Assembly: GCA_000004985.1 (NCBI GenBank)
Contig: GG738867.1
Strand: one strand, 5' to 3'
Origin: Naegleria gruberi
Lineage: Eukaryota
DNA length: 64,000 bases
Shown: positions 21,328 through 34,022 of the stretch, in pieces
Position numbering within the stretch: the stretch's first letter is position 1
How the letters are laid out: the number at the start of each line of letters is the position of its first letter
Notes under the pieces: model-generated
Seen by the model: the letters and a program-made list of their open reading frames with translations, nothing else
Told to the model about the DNA's origin: nothing
Databases searched by the model: none
Translations under genes and position numbers: made by a program

Positions 21328-22902
21328 ATGCTCCAACAACAATTTAAAAACAAGGCTTGTTTAATGATTGTGATGATGATGTTAGTCATCTCCTTTATTA
21401 ATGGGTTTGATATGGATGCATATAGATTAATTCAATATGATAAAGGAAGTCAACAATATGGTTCTAGATTGACCGGAGTAAATTCACCAATTAGTATTGC
21501 AAATTTTGGTTCATCATCAATTTCTGCTAGAAATATTATTGTTTTAAATATTGAACAATTATTAACTAATAACACAAAGAATGCTAAATTACAAACAATT
21601 ATTAATAGAGAAGATGTTAGTGGATTATTAATTGTTTTACCAAGAGATGGATTAAATTTTGAAATTATTGAACAATTTAAATCTATTGAAAAACAATTAC
21701 TTGTTTCTAAATTTGAAAAGCCAATTTATTTCATTTTCAAGAATGATAAAACAAGTCAAATGATTAGAGATATTGAAAATGGTAGTGATTCTATTTTAGA
21801 TGAATCTTATCAAGCTGTTATTACTGAACAAGAAGCTAAACCAATTGAACAAATTCCAGTTGTTAATATTCATAGTTTGTTAAATGGAAAATCTAATGAA
21901 AAATCACAAACCATTGGAATTGTTGCTCATTATGATACTATTAGCTCAATTCCAGGATTATCTGCAAGTGGATCTTTTGGAGATAGTACTGGTGTTATTG
22001 GATTATTAGAAATTGCTAGATTATTCCAAAAGATTAACTCTGCTCAATCTACCAAGTTATCTCATAATTTGTTATTTATCTTGACTGGTGCTAGCAGATT
22101 AGGTTTTACTGGAACTAAACATTGGTTAAAGAATGCTGATCAAAGATTAATTAATCAATTGGATTTTGTTTTATGTTTGGATAGTTTGGTTTCCATGACT
22201 GAAAAGAACAAGTTATTTATTCATATTTCTGAAAAGAGTACTGATAAGAATGTTATTAATTTATTTAAGCAATTTTTAAAGACTGCAAAACAAATGCAAA
22301 TCGATCTTCAATTCATTGAAAAGAAGGTTGAAAGAGAAATTGTTTGGGAACATGAAATATTCTCAAAGAAGGGTATTTCTTCAGCAAGTATTTCATCTCA
22401 ATCTGCTCCATCTCCATCTTTGTTAACAAAGACAAATTCATTAGATCAATTACCTCTTGATATTGAACAATTGAAGAGAAATGTTAGATTAATTACTGAA
22501 TCTATTGCTAATCACTTGTCGGAAAATATCAAGATTGATAATTTGGATTATGATGAAAAGTTTATCAGATCCTTCTTGAAAATTATGACTAAATCATCAA
22601 GATTTACTCCAACATTGAATAAGGATAATGAAATTGTTAAGAATCTCAAAGTTACTCTCCAACAATACACAAGTCAAGCTCAAGTTCAAGATTTCATTAT
22701 TGGTAATTCACCATACAAATTCTTTACCAATACTATTGTCAAATTATCCATTCATAAGGTCTCACCAATTTCATTGGATTTAATTTTAATTTCATGTGTT
22801 CTTACTTATTTGTTAGCTTTACACATCTATCTTGTTGGAACCAAATCATTTACTTCTAATTTACTTTCATTATTCGAAAAACAAGAAAGAAAGAAGAAAT
22901 AA
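21328..22902 (+). CDS. Nicalin (nicastrin-like, NCLN) homolog
   Basis: 524-aa ORF with a signal-peptide-like N-terminus, the core GIVAHYDTISSIPGLSASGSFGDSTGVIGLLEIARLF (nicalin/aminopeptidase-like HYD...G.DS.GSG motif), and a C-terminal TM segment. Confidence 0.65.
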   Translation: MLQQQFKNKACLMIVMMMLVISFINGFDMDAYRLIQYDKGSQQYGSRLTGVNSPISIANFGSSSISARNIIVLNIEQLLTNNTKNAKLQTIINREDVSGLLIVLPRDGLNFEIIEQFKSIEKQLLVSKFEKPIYFIFKNDKTSQMIRDIENGSDSILDESYQAVITEQEAKPIEQIPVVNIHSLLNGKSNEKSQTIGIVAHYDTISSIPGLSASGSFGDSTGVIGLLEIARLFQKINSAQSTKLSHNLLFILTGASRLGFTGTKHWLKNADQRLINQLDFVLCLDSLVSMTEKNKLFIHISEKSTDKNVINLFKQFLKTAKQMQIDLQFIEKKVEREIVWEHEIFSKKGISSASISSQSAPSPSLLTKTNSLDQLPLDIEQLKRNVRLITESIANHLSENIKIDNLDYDEKFIRSFLKIMTKSSRFTPTLNKDNEIVKNLKVTLQQYTSQAQVQDFIIGNSPYKFFTNTIVKLSIHKVSPISLDLILISCVLTYLLALHIYLVGTKSFTSNLLSLFEKQERKKK

Positions 22903-23089
22903 ATATTCACCATTATTTCAAAAACATTGTTTTATTGAACCCAACATCAATTAATGTGATTGAGAAACAACAGTATTATCATAATCATACTCTGTTGGTA
23001 GTGGTTATTTGAATGTGGAGAAAGAAATAAATTCAAATAAAATTCCAAAAAAATATTCAATACAACATTCTCTCTAGGCTACTTTGAAA

Positions 23090-23405
23090 ATGCACAAGAA
23101 ACAAAAGATGATGACCCAGCCAATTGTAAGTATTTAAATACATGATCGGATCATTTTAACAATAATTAAAGACTCAAGTTTTTGAGTATTTGAAGCAGGG
23201 AAGTAGAATTCAAATATGGTTATATGAAAATACTGATTTACGGATAGAAGGAAATATTCTAGGATTTGATGAATATATGAATATTGTTTTGGATGAAACG
23301 GAAGAAATTTATACAAAGAAATCACAAAGAAAGAAAATTGGAAGAATATTATTAAAAGGTGATAATATTTCTCTTATTAGAGATGTTACAAATGTAAAAC
23401 AATAA
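23090..23405 (+). CDS. snrpE: Small nuclear ribonucleoprotein E (SmE), 2 exons
   Basis: Exon 1 23090..23125 ([18 protein letters not shown] donor). Exon 2 about 23172..23405: [72 protein letters not shown]. This is collinear with metazoan SmE ([22 protein letters not shown]...GFDEYMNLVLDDAEE...GRIMLKGDNITL). Confidence 0.8.
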
Positions 23406-23527
23406 ATGTAATTTATAGAAGAGCCAATAATTCATGATCAATTTTATGTAAATCCAATATTACCATCTGTGCACTTGAATATTTAAATATTTAATTAAAG
23501 GCTTGAAAAAAGACAATATCAAAAAAA

Positions 23528-23917
23528 ATGAATAAGAACAATCCACCTTCTGCTCTCTCATCATATGATTACGCATCCGATTCAAACCCAGATGTTCTTC
23601 AAAGAATTGATGCTGGTACAGGTAGATTCAAGTACGCAACATATTATCTTATCAAAAGACCAATGGCTGCTTTTGGCTTCTTTTCATGTGCTGCATCATT
23701 CTTTTCAATGGTTGCTAGTTTAGTGAGTGGTCAAAATGCTAGAACTGTAAAGTTTTGGAATACTAGTTTTGTACTTTCAGCTGCTGTTGGATTATTATCT
23801 ATTCAATATTATTCTAATAATCCTCCAAAATTTACAAATTATGGTGAAGAAGCCATTAGAAAAGGAATTGCCAAGTATTCTAATGCTCAAAAGAACAAGC
23901 CAAAATGGGAAAATTAA
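23528..23917 (+). CDS. Hypothetical small membrane protein
   Basis: 129-aa ORF with ATG in an A-rich context and two hydrophobic segments. No family recognised. Confidence 0.4.
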   Translation: MNKNNPPSALSSYDYASDSNPDVLQRIDAGTGRFKYATYYLIKRPMAAFGFFSCAASFFSMVASLVSGQNARTVKFWNTSFVLSAAVGLLSIQYYSNNPPKFTNYGEEAIRKGIAKYSNAQKNKPKWEN

Positions 23918-24256
23918 TTTACAAATAATTACAATTTGAAATCTATAACGGAAATTGTTAAAGATCTTTTGTGAATAATCAAATTGCAGAGTTGTGATGT
24001 TTTATTGTAGCATCACAAAAGAAAAACACAGAAGAGGATGATGAACCAAATTTATATTGGGTTATTGAAAATAAAAAAGACAGATCTCACTATTAATCTT
24101 TTATCAGAATAAATAGTAGAAATATTAAGGAAATATTGTCAATTCAATTCTCATAATATTAACTGATTCTCTCCATCATTTGATGACTGTAGTATTTATC
24201 ACGTTCCACATCCTCCCAACGTAAGCAAAATTCTATTAAAAAATTCAATCAAAAAA

Positions 24257-25944
24257 ATGTTGCCACAAGACAATAACACTCCACCACAAGATCCTTCCGA
24301 TCCAAACCAAGCTGTCCAAGCAGCTGGTATGAATGAAATGAACCAAAAACTCTCAGAATTATCCGAAAGAGAAACTGAAGAATTGGTTAAAAGTTTCCAA
24401 GATCACTTTAACGATTGTACCAAAGCTTGTAAGAAGCCTAATATTTTAGTTGCTGGTATTACTGGTGCTGGTAGGTTTATTTAATGATCTGTGATGATTT
24501 GATTGTTATTATTGGAATTTAATTATAATAATATTCTTTTTAATGGCGATTAATGATGACGATGAATTAATTATTATTATTATTGGATTTAATATTATTT
24601 TGATTAGGTAAAAGTAGTTTAGTTAATGCAGTTTTTGGTGAAGAATTAGCTAGAGCAGGTGCCGGTATGCCTGTGACTCAACATTTCCAAAAGTATGAAC
24701 CATCCGATAAGCCAGTTGTTATTTATGACTCTAAAGGATTGGAATGGAACAGTCACGAAGAATTTATTAAAGAAACTGGTAAATTCTTTATGCAATTGAG
24801 ACAATCACCAGATGTTACTAATCATATCCACGTTGTTTGGTATGTTGTCAATACTGCTCGTGGTAGATTTGAAAACTTTGAAGCTGAAGTTGTTAGAGAA
24901 GTTTTCTCACCAACACCTGTCATTTTCGTTTTAAATAAGAGTGATTTGGCTGATACAACTCAATTGAAGGCAATTAAGAAAGTTATTGAAGATGAAAAAT
25001 TGGAACATAATAAGGGTATTCATGTTTGTATTTCAAAGAGAGAAAATTGGACTCAATCTTGGTGTCCTGATTGTTTAAGTGATGACGTTTTTTATGATGA
25101 AGAAACTAAACAATTAGAATGTAGCGATTGTGGTTATAATTGTATTCTCCAAGATAGTTATGGTATGAAGAAGTTGATTAATCATACTTGTGAACTTTTA
25201 CCTGAATTGGCAAGAGATGCTTTCATGTACTCACAAATTGCATCAATGGCTGAAAAGGATAGAAGAGCTAAAGAAATTGTTATTGATTATACCAAGGAAA
25301 TTACAATTGATGCCAAAGGTTCATTTATCAAAAAGATTGCAGAAATGTGTGCTAAATTATTTGTTATTTGGGGTTGGCCATTAACTGGTGACACTTTCAA
25401 AGAAGGTTTGGCTGATATGCAACGTGAATACATGTCTCAACTTAATTTCAAGGAAAGATATGCTGCTGTTGCTGTTGACAAATTGTTTGGGTCAAGACTT
25501 TCTAAAGCTTTCAGTGGTGTCATTGGTTTAACAATGAACAGAGGTATGAAGAAATTGAACGAACAATTGATTGAAAAATGTGCTAAGGGCGAACTTAAGG
25601 AAATGAAAATGGAAGATTTTATTAAGGAATCTGATTTGACAGAAGATTTCATCAAATTCTTCTTTGAAATAGCTCTTACACAAGGTGTAGATGTTGCTCT
25701 CGATAAGTTATGGGATTTGTCAAGTGAAGAATTGGTTCAATTGATGGGTCAAATGGACTTTAATAATGCTGGATTATTTGGTAACGTTAACTTTGAAGAA
25801 GCAGCTAACATTGAACAAATTGAACAACTCATTCAAAATGTTGATGATGTTTCCATCTCTGAAGTTGATGTCGAAGGCTTAGATGAAGAAGAAAAAGCAC
25901 TTTTGAAGAAATCACCAGAAGATGAACAACCACCTGTTGATTAA
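24257..25944 (+). CDS. P-loop GTPase (MMR_HSR1/IIGP-like) with C-terminal Cys-rich segment, 2 exons
   Basis: Exon 1 24257..24470 ends ...NILVAGITGAG with a GTAGGT donor. The intron is about 24471..24607. Exon 2 24608..25944 starts KSSLVNAVFGEELARAGAGMPVTQ.... The splice reconstitutes the G1 motif GITGAGKSS; DSKG (G3) and NKSD (G4) are present. CPDCLSDD...CSDCGYNC follows. Confidence 0.6.
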
Positions 25945-26153
25945 ATATTATTCATCCCATGTATTTATTGAAATAATTCGGAGTTAAGAGATCTTTTGAC
26001 TTTCTTCAAAAGGTTACGGTAGAATTGTTTTGTCGTTGTCTTATTGTCATCAACGTTTATCAAATTAAGGTCTCCCCAGAGAGTTGGATGAATACACTAC
26101 TACAGCAATTCTGTTTTGTTTGTGCCTTAGCTAAAAAGACAAACTGTAAAAAA

Positions 26154-29100
26154 ATGAGTAACGCGGTTTTAACTTCTGCAGATTTTGATTTTAGTAAGAA
26201 TGAAATCAAGTCCTACGTAAAAGTAAGTAAGAATGAAGCCTTATAGATTGGAGTTGTTAATTTATAAAGCTTGATTTTGATTTTGAAGGACAACGTGATC
26301 GGGAGTTAACTCTTCGTAAGGGAGATGTTGTTGGTGTAACAAAAGATAATATTGCTGGATGGAGTATTGGTAAAATTGGTGATCGAATTGGATTATTTCC
26401 AGCCTCATTCGCATCACCAGTTAAATGTGCAGAAGAGCAAGCAGGTAAAATTGTATTAAAGATTTGGAGAAGTTACAAATTTAAAAAGGGATTATTAGGA
26501 AGTATGTGATTTCTTCATTCTTAATATTAAATTAATATCTATCTAAATATAATAATACTACCAATACAAATAGAAAATAGAGTTAGAGAAATTATGTGTA
26601 TCGTTAACGAATTGGTGGACACAGAGAAGAGTTATTTGTACTTTTTGGAAATTCTTGATACTCTTTATATTCAAATGTTTGAACAAAGAATTGAAGCTAA
26701 AAAACCAATTATTTCACAAGATGAAATTAAGAAACTCTTTGGTAATGGTAAGTTTGAGAGTTTCGATTTTATAGAATTTGATCATCATTGAATAACTAGT
26801 GAGACAAATCAGAAATTTAACAAAAATTCTATTGAATGAAATTCAAAAACAGAAAGATGAAATTACTAATAGTGGCAATATTCCAAAGATTCTTGATGTA
26901 TTTGTTAGACATGTAAGTTGTTGAAACTCTATATTTTAACCAATATTACCATTACTACTTCCACCATCTAAATTGCAACAATTTATTACTATTTCTATTA
27001 TTTTAGCTTCCATTTCTAAATTTCTATAGTGATTATGTTAAAGGTTATGATATGGCAGTTGAAATTACTAATGATTTATGTAAGAAGAATAAGGAATTTG
27101 AAAAAATATTGAAACAATTTAGAGATGATCCAAGATCTAAAGGATTAGGTTTAAGAGATTTATTACCAAAACCAATGCAAAGAATATTTGGTTATAAGAA
27201 TTTGTTTGATAGATTAGTTAAGATTACACCATCAGAATCTGTAATTTATTGTAAAGTAAAATCATTGGGTGATAATATGGAAAAGATTGTATCAAGAATT
27301 AATGAAAGTAAGAGACATTTTGAAACCACACAAAAAGTAGCAAGTCAACTTGGTAAATTATTAATTTCATGGAGAAAATTCATGAAGGAAGGTAGAATTA
27401 GAATTGTAAATGAAAAGGGAGAAGAATGGGCAGATTGTTATTTGGCATCTGATATATTTGCTTATACAACAGGAAAGAAAGATATTGCTTATTTCCCATT
27501 AGTATTTACTACTTTATCTGATAATGGTGAAACATCTTTAATTTTATTAACTCTTAATGAACCTCCACTCATGTTAAGATTTTCTGATGTTTCTGAAAAG
27601 AATGAATGGTTTAACTTGACACGAAGAAATATTGAAGAAGAAAAAGCTCTCAATGCTAAAAAGTATAATATTACAAATCCAATTGATGAAGCTAGTAGAT
27701 GGGTTCAATCAATTGGTGAATTTGAACAAAAGAATAAGGCAATTGATATGTTAATAGCTGAATATTCTGTTCATAAAGCATCATTGAAAGAGTATGAAAG
27801 TTCTATCAATTCATACAAGAGTGAAATTAGAGATTTGATTGAAAATATTAAAAAGATACATGAAGAAAGAAAGAAATTAGATAATACTTTAGAAGAAAGT
27901 AAGAATATTCAAGAATTAGTGAATGAGCAGGAATCATTATTATCAACTGTTGAAAAACAAAGAGAAATGTTCCTTAGTTTATGTACCGATGAAAGTTCAT
28001 TTAGAAAATTATTTGGAACATCTGATACTAAATTCCAAGCTGAAAAAGGAAACTTTGATCAAGTTAGAAATCAAAGAAATTCATTCGATTCTCAAAATTC
28101 AAATTATTTAACCTCAAATGTAATTATTGATGCAAAAACTCAAGAATCGATTGAACAATTGAAGAGAGAATATGGAGAAGAATTTTCACTTATTCACAAT
28201 GTTATTCAACAATTGGATCATCAAGAAATTAATTATGAAATGGTTTATCAAAAACAAGAATATGAAAATAGAAACAAGTTTTTGGAAGAAAGAAATAGAA
28301 CCCTTGAAGAGAATAATCAGAAATTGAATAGAAAAGTTACAAAATTATATGAAAAGATTAAATTACTTGAAAGCAGTATGACTGAAACTTTACAAAAGAA
28401 TAGTTTTGACAAATTCTCAATTGAAATTAAGAGTTTATTTGAACAAAATGATGAAATCAATGTTAAAAAAATTGAAACTGCATGTGAAAGAATTGGAGCT
28501 AGTGAAATTGATAGTAAATATGAAGAAACTATCAAGAAGAAGGATGCAGAAATTGAAGAGTTGAAGAAGATAATTTCTGATTTTAATAATGCTAGAAACG
28601 ATGATGAAGTTATTGAAGATGTCAATGAATTAAGTAGTAGAAATGCTAAATTGATGAATGAAATTAAATTAGTAACAACAACATTGGGTAATGTTAGAGA
28701 AGAAAAGATTAATGAGAGAAAACATATTTCTAAACAATTAGAAGAACTCTCAATTACATACAAATCCCAAATTCAATACTACATTTCAACAAACAAAATG
28801 TTGTTGAATCAAATTTCAACTTCCCAACAAGCTGTTACTGATATGCAATTAGAACTTGCAAATATGTTTGAAAAATTGGAAAGAAACTTTATCAGAAACT
28901 CTGATAGTAGCCAAACAATTGATGAGTTAAGACAACAATTGGAAAAGTCAAAACAAGATAATATGAAACTTCAATTCTCTCTTGCCCACTCAATCACAAA
29001 GGAAATGAAATGTCAAAAGTTGTTGGAAGAAGAAAAGCAAAAACTTATCCAATCCGAACAAAAACTGTCTCAATCTGATCAAGAACTCAACGCGTTGAGA

Positions 29101-29466
29101 AGAAAATCTTTCAGACTCCCAACAACTGAAACATTACCATCAAGATTCTCAATCAGAGAACTTCCAGAAACACCTATAACAACTCAAGTTTTCCAAAGAG
29201 TAGAACCAAAAGAATTGCCACAAAGACCTGTTTCCATGGTTATTCCTGAATCAGCTTCAAACGATATTCAGGAAGAAATTGAGGATTATGTGGACCCTAC
29301 AAGTTCTGATAAACCAAGAGCTTCTCCAATGAGAAGTAGTATTTCAAATGAGGATCCTAGAAGAAGAACTATCAGCTTCTTGAATCCATTGCTTGGAATG
29401 AACAGTAAACAAGATACAAATTTGATAGATGAAATGAAGAATCGTTTCAGTCTTAAAAAGAAATAA
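26154..29466 (+). CDS. SH3 + DH (RhoGEF) + PH-like + coiled-coil protein, 5 exons
   Basis: Exons are about 26154..26226, 26289..26501, 26583..26747, 26800..26912 and 27007..29466, all with GTAAGT/GTATGT donors and AG acceptors; phases are consistent with track ORFs 26025, 26594 and 27052. SH3: ADFDFSKNEIKSYVK.QRDRELTLRKGDVVGVTKDNIAGWSIGKIGDRIGLFPASFASPV. DH: REIMCIVNELVDTEKSYLYFLEIL...LLPKPMQRIFGYKNLFDRLVK. About 500 aa of heptad-rich coiled coil follow. Confidence 0.65.
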
Positions 29467-29471
29467 AAGAT

Positions 29472-31125
29472 TTATTTGAATACAATCTTCTTGACTAATT
29501 GTTTGTAATTCTTTTTCTCATTAGTGGCTATTGGATTGGACTTGATTGACTTTTGATGTGTCGCAAGTTGTTTAGATTCTACCTTTTTCGCTTGTGTTGG
29601 TGCTTTGGTTGGTAAGACTTCCTTAATTCTTTTTATAGGGCTAACTCCCTTAATAGATTTGAAAGCAAAATCAACTTTTTTAGATGATAAGTGAAGAGGG
29701 TTAAAATCTTCAATTGTTTCTAAATTGTTTAGCTTTTGGTTCATTTCACTAAGTTGTTCTTCAGTATGTATCATGACTGGAATATGGACTGGTGGTAAAA
29801 TCTCATCAGTTGTTGAAAGTTGTTGAATGTAAAGACATCTACATTGAGAGTCTGGAAATATTATGAAATGATACAATATTCCACTACCCTTAATGCTCGT
29901 ACCATCAATGTTAGATGTTGAGGTGCAAACAATACCGAACTTTCCCTCGTTCAAAGTAGTACATAGAGAGGCTATATTCCCCTCATTTCTCTCCAAATCA
30001 TGAATATCATAGGAAATGTCAGTAAATGGCACCATGACATATGATCTTTCAAAGAGCAATTCGTATGGAACAGAAGATAAGTGAACCTTACTTATAACTT
30101 GAATGTCAATGTTTTCAGAATGTGTCTCTGAAGCAGACTCATCATTAGCTGGAAGACGTATTTGAGCCATTGGAGAGTTTAACAAGAGAGCTGGTGTGGT
30201 ATCGCTACTATCGATCATTTTCAGAGTCTTACTACAAATAAAACCTCTTGGCAATGTTTGGTAAAATAAATTTGAATTCACCTTTTCACCATGACACAAG
30301 CATAATCTTTCTTTCATTTCAACATTCAAACAATTAGAAGAACCAGTTGACAGAATGCTCAAATTTAGAGGCTCTTTGTCATTCATGAGAAATAACCTTG
30401 CTCCACCAATCTCTATCTTCATTAGATGTTTTGTTGATTGAAATAATTCTCTCGAGATACAAATAGGATCATTGAAAATTGAACTAATCCTGATGTTTGG
30501 ATAGTTTTCAACACACTTGATAACCTCCTGATCAATGATAACTTCTTCCTCAAAATCATGAATAACCCTTACTATATGCAGGTCCTTATTTTCATTATAC
30601 ATTTGCTAAATCAAATATTAAATTTAGTTAAATATTAAATTGTAAAACATACACGAAATACTTCTTCAAGAGAATCTCCTTTAGAAAATTGATTCATTGT
30701 GAAGAGTATAATCTGAGTAGACTCACATTCTCCAACCATGTAATTATCAAGAAATGAGTTCAAGATGGAGATACTATTCGAAAGTGAATTTTTTCTAAAG
30801 CCTTCGAAAAGATTAACTAATATTGGAATACAAAATATCACATACCTTGATCCTTATCCGATGTGGATTTCATATTCCTTGCAATTGATTGTAAACTCAA
30901 CTCATCGACTGGAATTAATTCTTCTACAATTGACTGATTAGTAATTTTGAGAAGGGAAAACAAAATCCTGTATTTCCTAGATGCTACCAATGACACTTTA
31001 AGAGCCCATTCCTTTAATGAATCCATTACATTATTCATCAATTCATTTCTCAATCCTGATTGAAGGCTAGATTGATCCACAATTAAATGAACGATTTGAT
31101 TTGAGCGTGATTGATTAAGAGTCAT
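29472..31125 (-). CDS. Hypothetical conserved-looking protein (~535 aa), 3 exons
   Basis: Exon 1 about 30846..31125 (MTLNQSRSNQIVHLIVDQSSLQSGLRNEL...SDKDQ, donor GTATGT). Exon 2 is about 30653..30816 and exon 3 is 29472..30605. The first intron is only 29 nt; the second is 47 nt. No family assigned. Confidence 0.4.
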
Positions 31126-31530
31126 CTTGAATGTTTTTTTTTAAATTGGAAATTTCTAAGGCTTTTCTCAAAAGTGATCCATTCATTTCACTGCGTTGTG
31201 TATTATTAATAGATTTGATAAATGAATCAGAGAAAGAGAGGAAGAGAAGCTGTCTGAGTATGGAGGAGCATATGAGCAATTAAACATAATAGGTATGGAT
31301 TGAGATTTAAAATGTAATTGAATGATTTTGAAAATGAATAAATAGAGTCGTATTCAGCAATCCATTAAAGTCATCCATCAACGACATGTTAACGTTGAAT
31401 AATGGATTTCTGCTGATGAAGGCTTGTTATTTTTGTTATTGGGTAATAATAAAATTATTGAGTGGCGCAGTTTGATTCTAATTTACATCCATCGTTGTCT
31501 TTCCTTTTTCTTTTTTTTAAATTTAAAAAA

Positions 31531-32336
31531 ATGAAAATTATCTATTTGCTAGGAGCCTTGATAGTTCTCTTATCTGTTATTCTTCCACACGTTAAATCGG
31601 CAGATACAACTACCATTGACTGTACTAAACCATGTTGGCCAGGTATGGATCCACAAGGAAAACAAACCTCCTGTACAACAAAACAAGCAACCAAACTTGT
31701 TGTTGAATTGAGTAACAACGAAACCAGCAAATTTTATCCTTTCTGCGTTTTAGTTGACGAGTTATCCGAACTTACACTCAACGGTAGTACGTTTTATTAT
31801 TTGAATGAAAATTTATTTATTATTATTATTGGATCTAATTCATCATGATGAAACTCTAAATTTTGTGGAATTTTAATACAACAACAGCAAGTTCTTTCAT
31901 GAATGCTAGTGAAAATAGTACTGTCACTCTTTGGGTTGGAAGTTTTTCATCCGATAAATATTATTATAGATCTGTGAAGACTGTTAGCTCTAGAGAATCC
32001 TTCACTATGTACTACACTGTTGGTATTCAATTGTCTTCAGGAGTTTTGAATTCTACTTCAGTTTCTCAACCAATTAAGTTTGTTGAAAATTGTGATTCTG
32101 CTAAGGTTGCCTGTTCACTTGATCTAACATTGCCCTGTGTACGTGAAAAACAGTGTGGAATGTACTATGACCAGTCAACAGAGAAGCAACAAGATGTAAA
32201 AGTATTTATTTCTTGGACAGGAACTGATACCACTGGAACTCCATTAAGAAGTTATGGTTTATTGCCATCTAACTTCCGTTACCTTGCCTTTGAAAATTAC
32301 TTTAACCAATTTGTTGGCCTTATCACTCCACAATAA
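31531..32336 (+). CDS. Secreted Cys-containing hypothetical protein, 2 exons
   Basis: ATG at 31531 gives signal peptide MKIIYLLGALIVLLSVILPHVKSADTTT. The donor is at 31784 or 31787 (GTAGTA/GTACGT) and the acceptor ...caacag is near 31886. Exon 2 is in the frame of track ORF 31863..32336. Confidence 0.45.
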
Positions 32337-32393
32337 TTTTGTAACATCACACTATCGTTTTATTATTATAAACAACAACAAGAATATAAAAAT

Positions 32394-32750
32394 ATGACAA
32401 GATCATCATCTTGGTTTTCTTCCGAATCTTTCTTTTTAATATTGGGTGGTATTGCTTATTGGATTTTCTCAGTTTTCTTTTCTAATTATTCTAATCCTTC
32501 TTCTTCTAGACCTTCACTAGATGCTAACAGTAGTAATGGTGATGGAACATTCTTTCAATTTTTAAAACAATTTGCTCAAAAGGGAGGAATCAAACACATG
32601 TTTCCAGGAGATGATTCACGTGATTCTAGTATTCAATTTGAATTAATTTCACAAGTGCATTGTACTACTTCAGTTGGAAAACCCATCAGTGTCACGGTAA
32701 GAAATACACCAACCGATAGAAGAAGAATGAGAATGTTCGGAGGCTTTTAA
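32394..32750 (+). CDS. Hypothetical small protein with N-terminal TM segment
   Basis: 118-aa ORF with ATG start. No similarity recognised. Confidence 0.3.
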   Translation: MTRSSSWFSSESFFLILGGIAYWIFSVFFSNYSNPSSSRPSLDANSSNGDGTFFQFLKQFAQKGGIKHMFPGDDSRDSSIQFELISQVHCTTSVGKPISVTVRNTPTDRRRMRMFGGF

Positions 32751-32930
32751 TTCATGATGATGATTTCTAGAAAGAAGGGAAATAGAATTACAATTCATAA
32801 TATCATCAGACTAACATTGACAATTTAAGCTCATCCTATGTGTGTATTGGTTGGTTTGGTTTATTATGAATTGTATTAATCATCATCATTAATTTATTGG
32901 AACAACATTTTAATTTCATAATTTAAAAAA

Positions 32931-33677
32931 ATGAGTTCGCGTATTGAATACATTTCACCTGAAGGATTGCGAGTTGATGGAAGACGTTCCCATGAAATTA
33001 GAAATATTAAATTTAAATTAAATTTATTTAGTAGAGCCGATGGATCAGCATATTATGAACAGGGCAATACACGTGTATTAGCTGCTGTTTATGGTCCGAG
33101 AGAAGTCAAAAATAAATCACAAATGAAGAATGATAGAGCAATTATTAATTGTGAATATAGTATGGCAACATTTAGTACAGGAGAAAGAAAGAGACAATTC
33201 AAAAAGGATAGAAGATCGACTGAAATTTCAGTTGTGATTAGACAAACATTTGAATCTGTAATTTTAACACATTTATATCCAAGAACACAAATTGATATTT
33301 TCATGCAAGTTCTTCAAGCTGATGGAGGTACTAGATGTGCTTGTATAAATGCTGCAACACTTGCCTTATTAGATGCAGGTATTCCAATGAAAGATTTTGT
33401 TGTTTCATGTGCTGCTGGATTTATTCAAGGTTCTCCATTAACAGATTTAAATTATATTGAAGATTGTGCTGGTGGTCCAGATGTACCAATTGCTCTTCTT
33501 CCAAAACATGATAAGGTCACTTTATTACAAATGGATTCGAAATTATCTTTGGATCAATTTGAAAAGGTTTTGGAACATGCAATAGAGGGTTGTAAACAAA
33601 TTCACAAAGTTATAGATGAACAATTGAAGAAACATACGTATGCACTGGTGAATAAAAGAGGTCTGTTTTCGGCCTAA
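32931..33677 (+). CDS. rrp41: Exosome complex component RRP41 (RNase PH-like, EXOSC4/Ski6)
   Basis: 248-aa ORF. LRVDGRRSHEIRNIKFKL...ADGSAYYEQGNTRVLAAVYGPREV... is the canonical RNase PH domain 1 N-terminus of Rrp41. Confidence 0.8.
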   Translation: MSSRIEYISPEGLRVDGRRSHEIRNIKFKLNLFSRADGSAYYEQGNTRVLAAVYGPREVKNKSQMKNDRAIINCEYSMATFSTGERKRQFKKDRRSTEISVVIRQTFESVILTHLYPRTQIDIFMQVLQADGGTRCACINAATLALLDAGIPMKDFVVSCAAGFIQGSPLTDLNYIEDCAGGPDVPIALLPKHDKVTLLQMDSKLSLDQFEKVLEHAIEGCKQIHKVIDEQLKKHTYALVNKRGLFSA

Positions 33678-33777
33678 TTATATTACATTGTAATATCCTT
33701 TATCTCTTTCTTTGTTATTGTTCTGAAGCCATGTAAAGGGTGAACTGATTTATATTTCAGAAATTAAGATAGTTGAT

Positions 33778-33895
33778 GGCTACGGCCATATCACGATGAA
33801 TGCACCTCATCCCGTCCGATTTGAGAAGTTAAGCATCGTCGAGCCACATCAGTACTGAGGTTGGAGACAACTTGGGAACCTGTGGTGCTGTAGTC
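33778..33895 (+). rRNA. 5S ribosomal RNA gene, copy 1
   Basis: GGCTACGGCCATATCACGATGAATGCACCTCATCCCGTCCGATTTGAGAAGTTAAGCATCGTCGAGCCACATCAGTACTGAGGTTGGAGACAACTTGGGAACCTGTGGTGCTGTAGTC. The 5' and 3' ends pair as helix I, box A-like AGTTAAGC and box C-like GGTTGGAGAC are present, and a T5 terminator follows. Confidence 0.85.
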
Positions 33896-34022
33896 TTTTT
33901 CTTGCAGATTTCACACTTTTGAACTTGGTTTTTCAACAATATTGGCTTGTTTTTATTGGTTTTCAATATTGATTCATTGAGATATTTCCACAACAAAACA
34001 AAATAACTAAATAACCAACACT

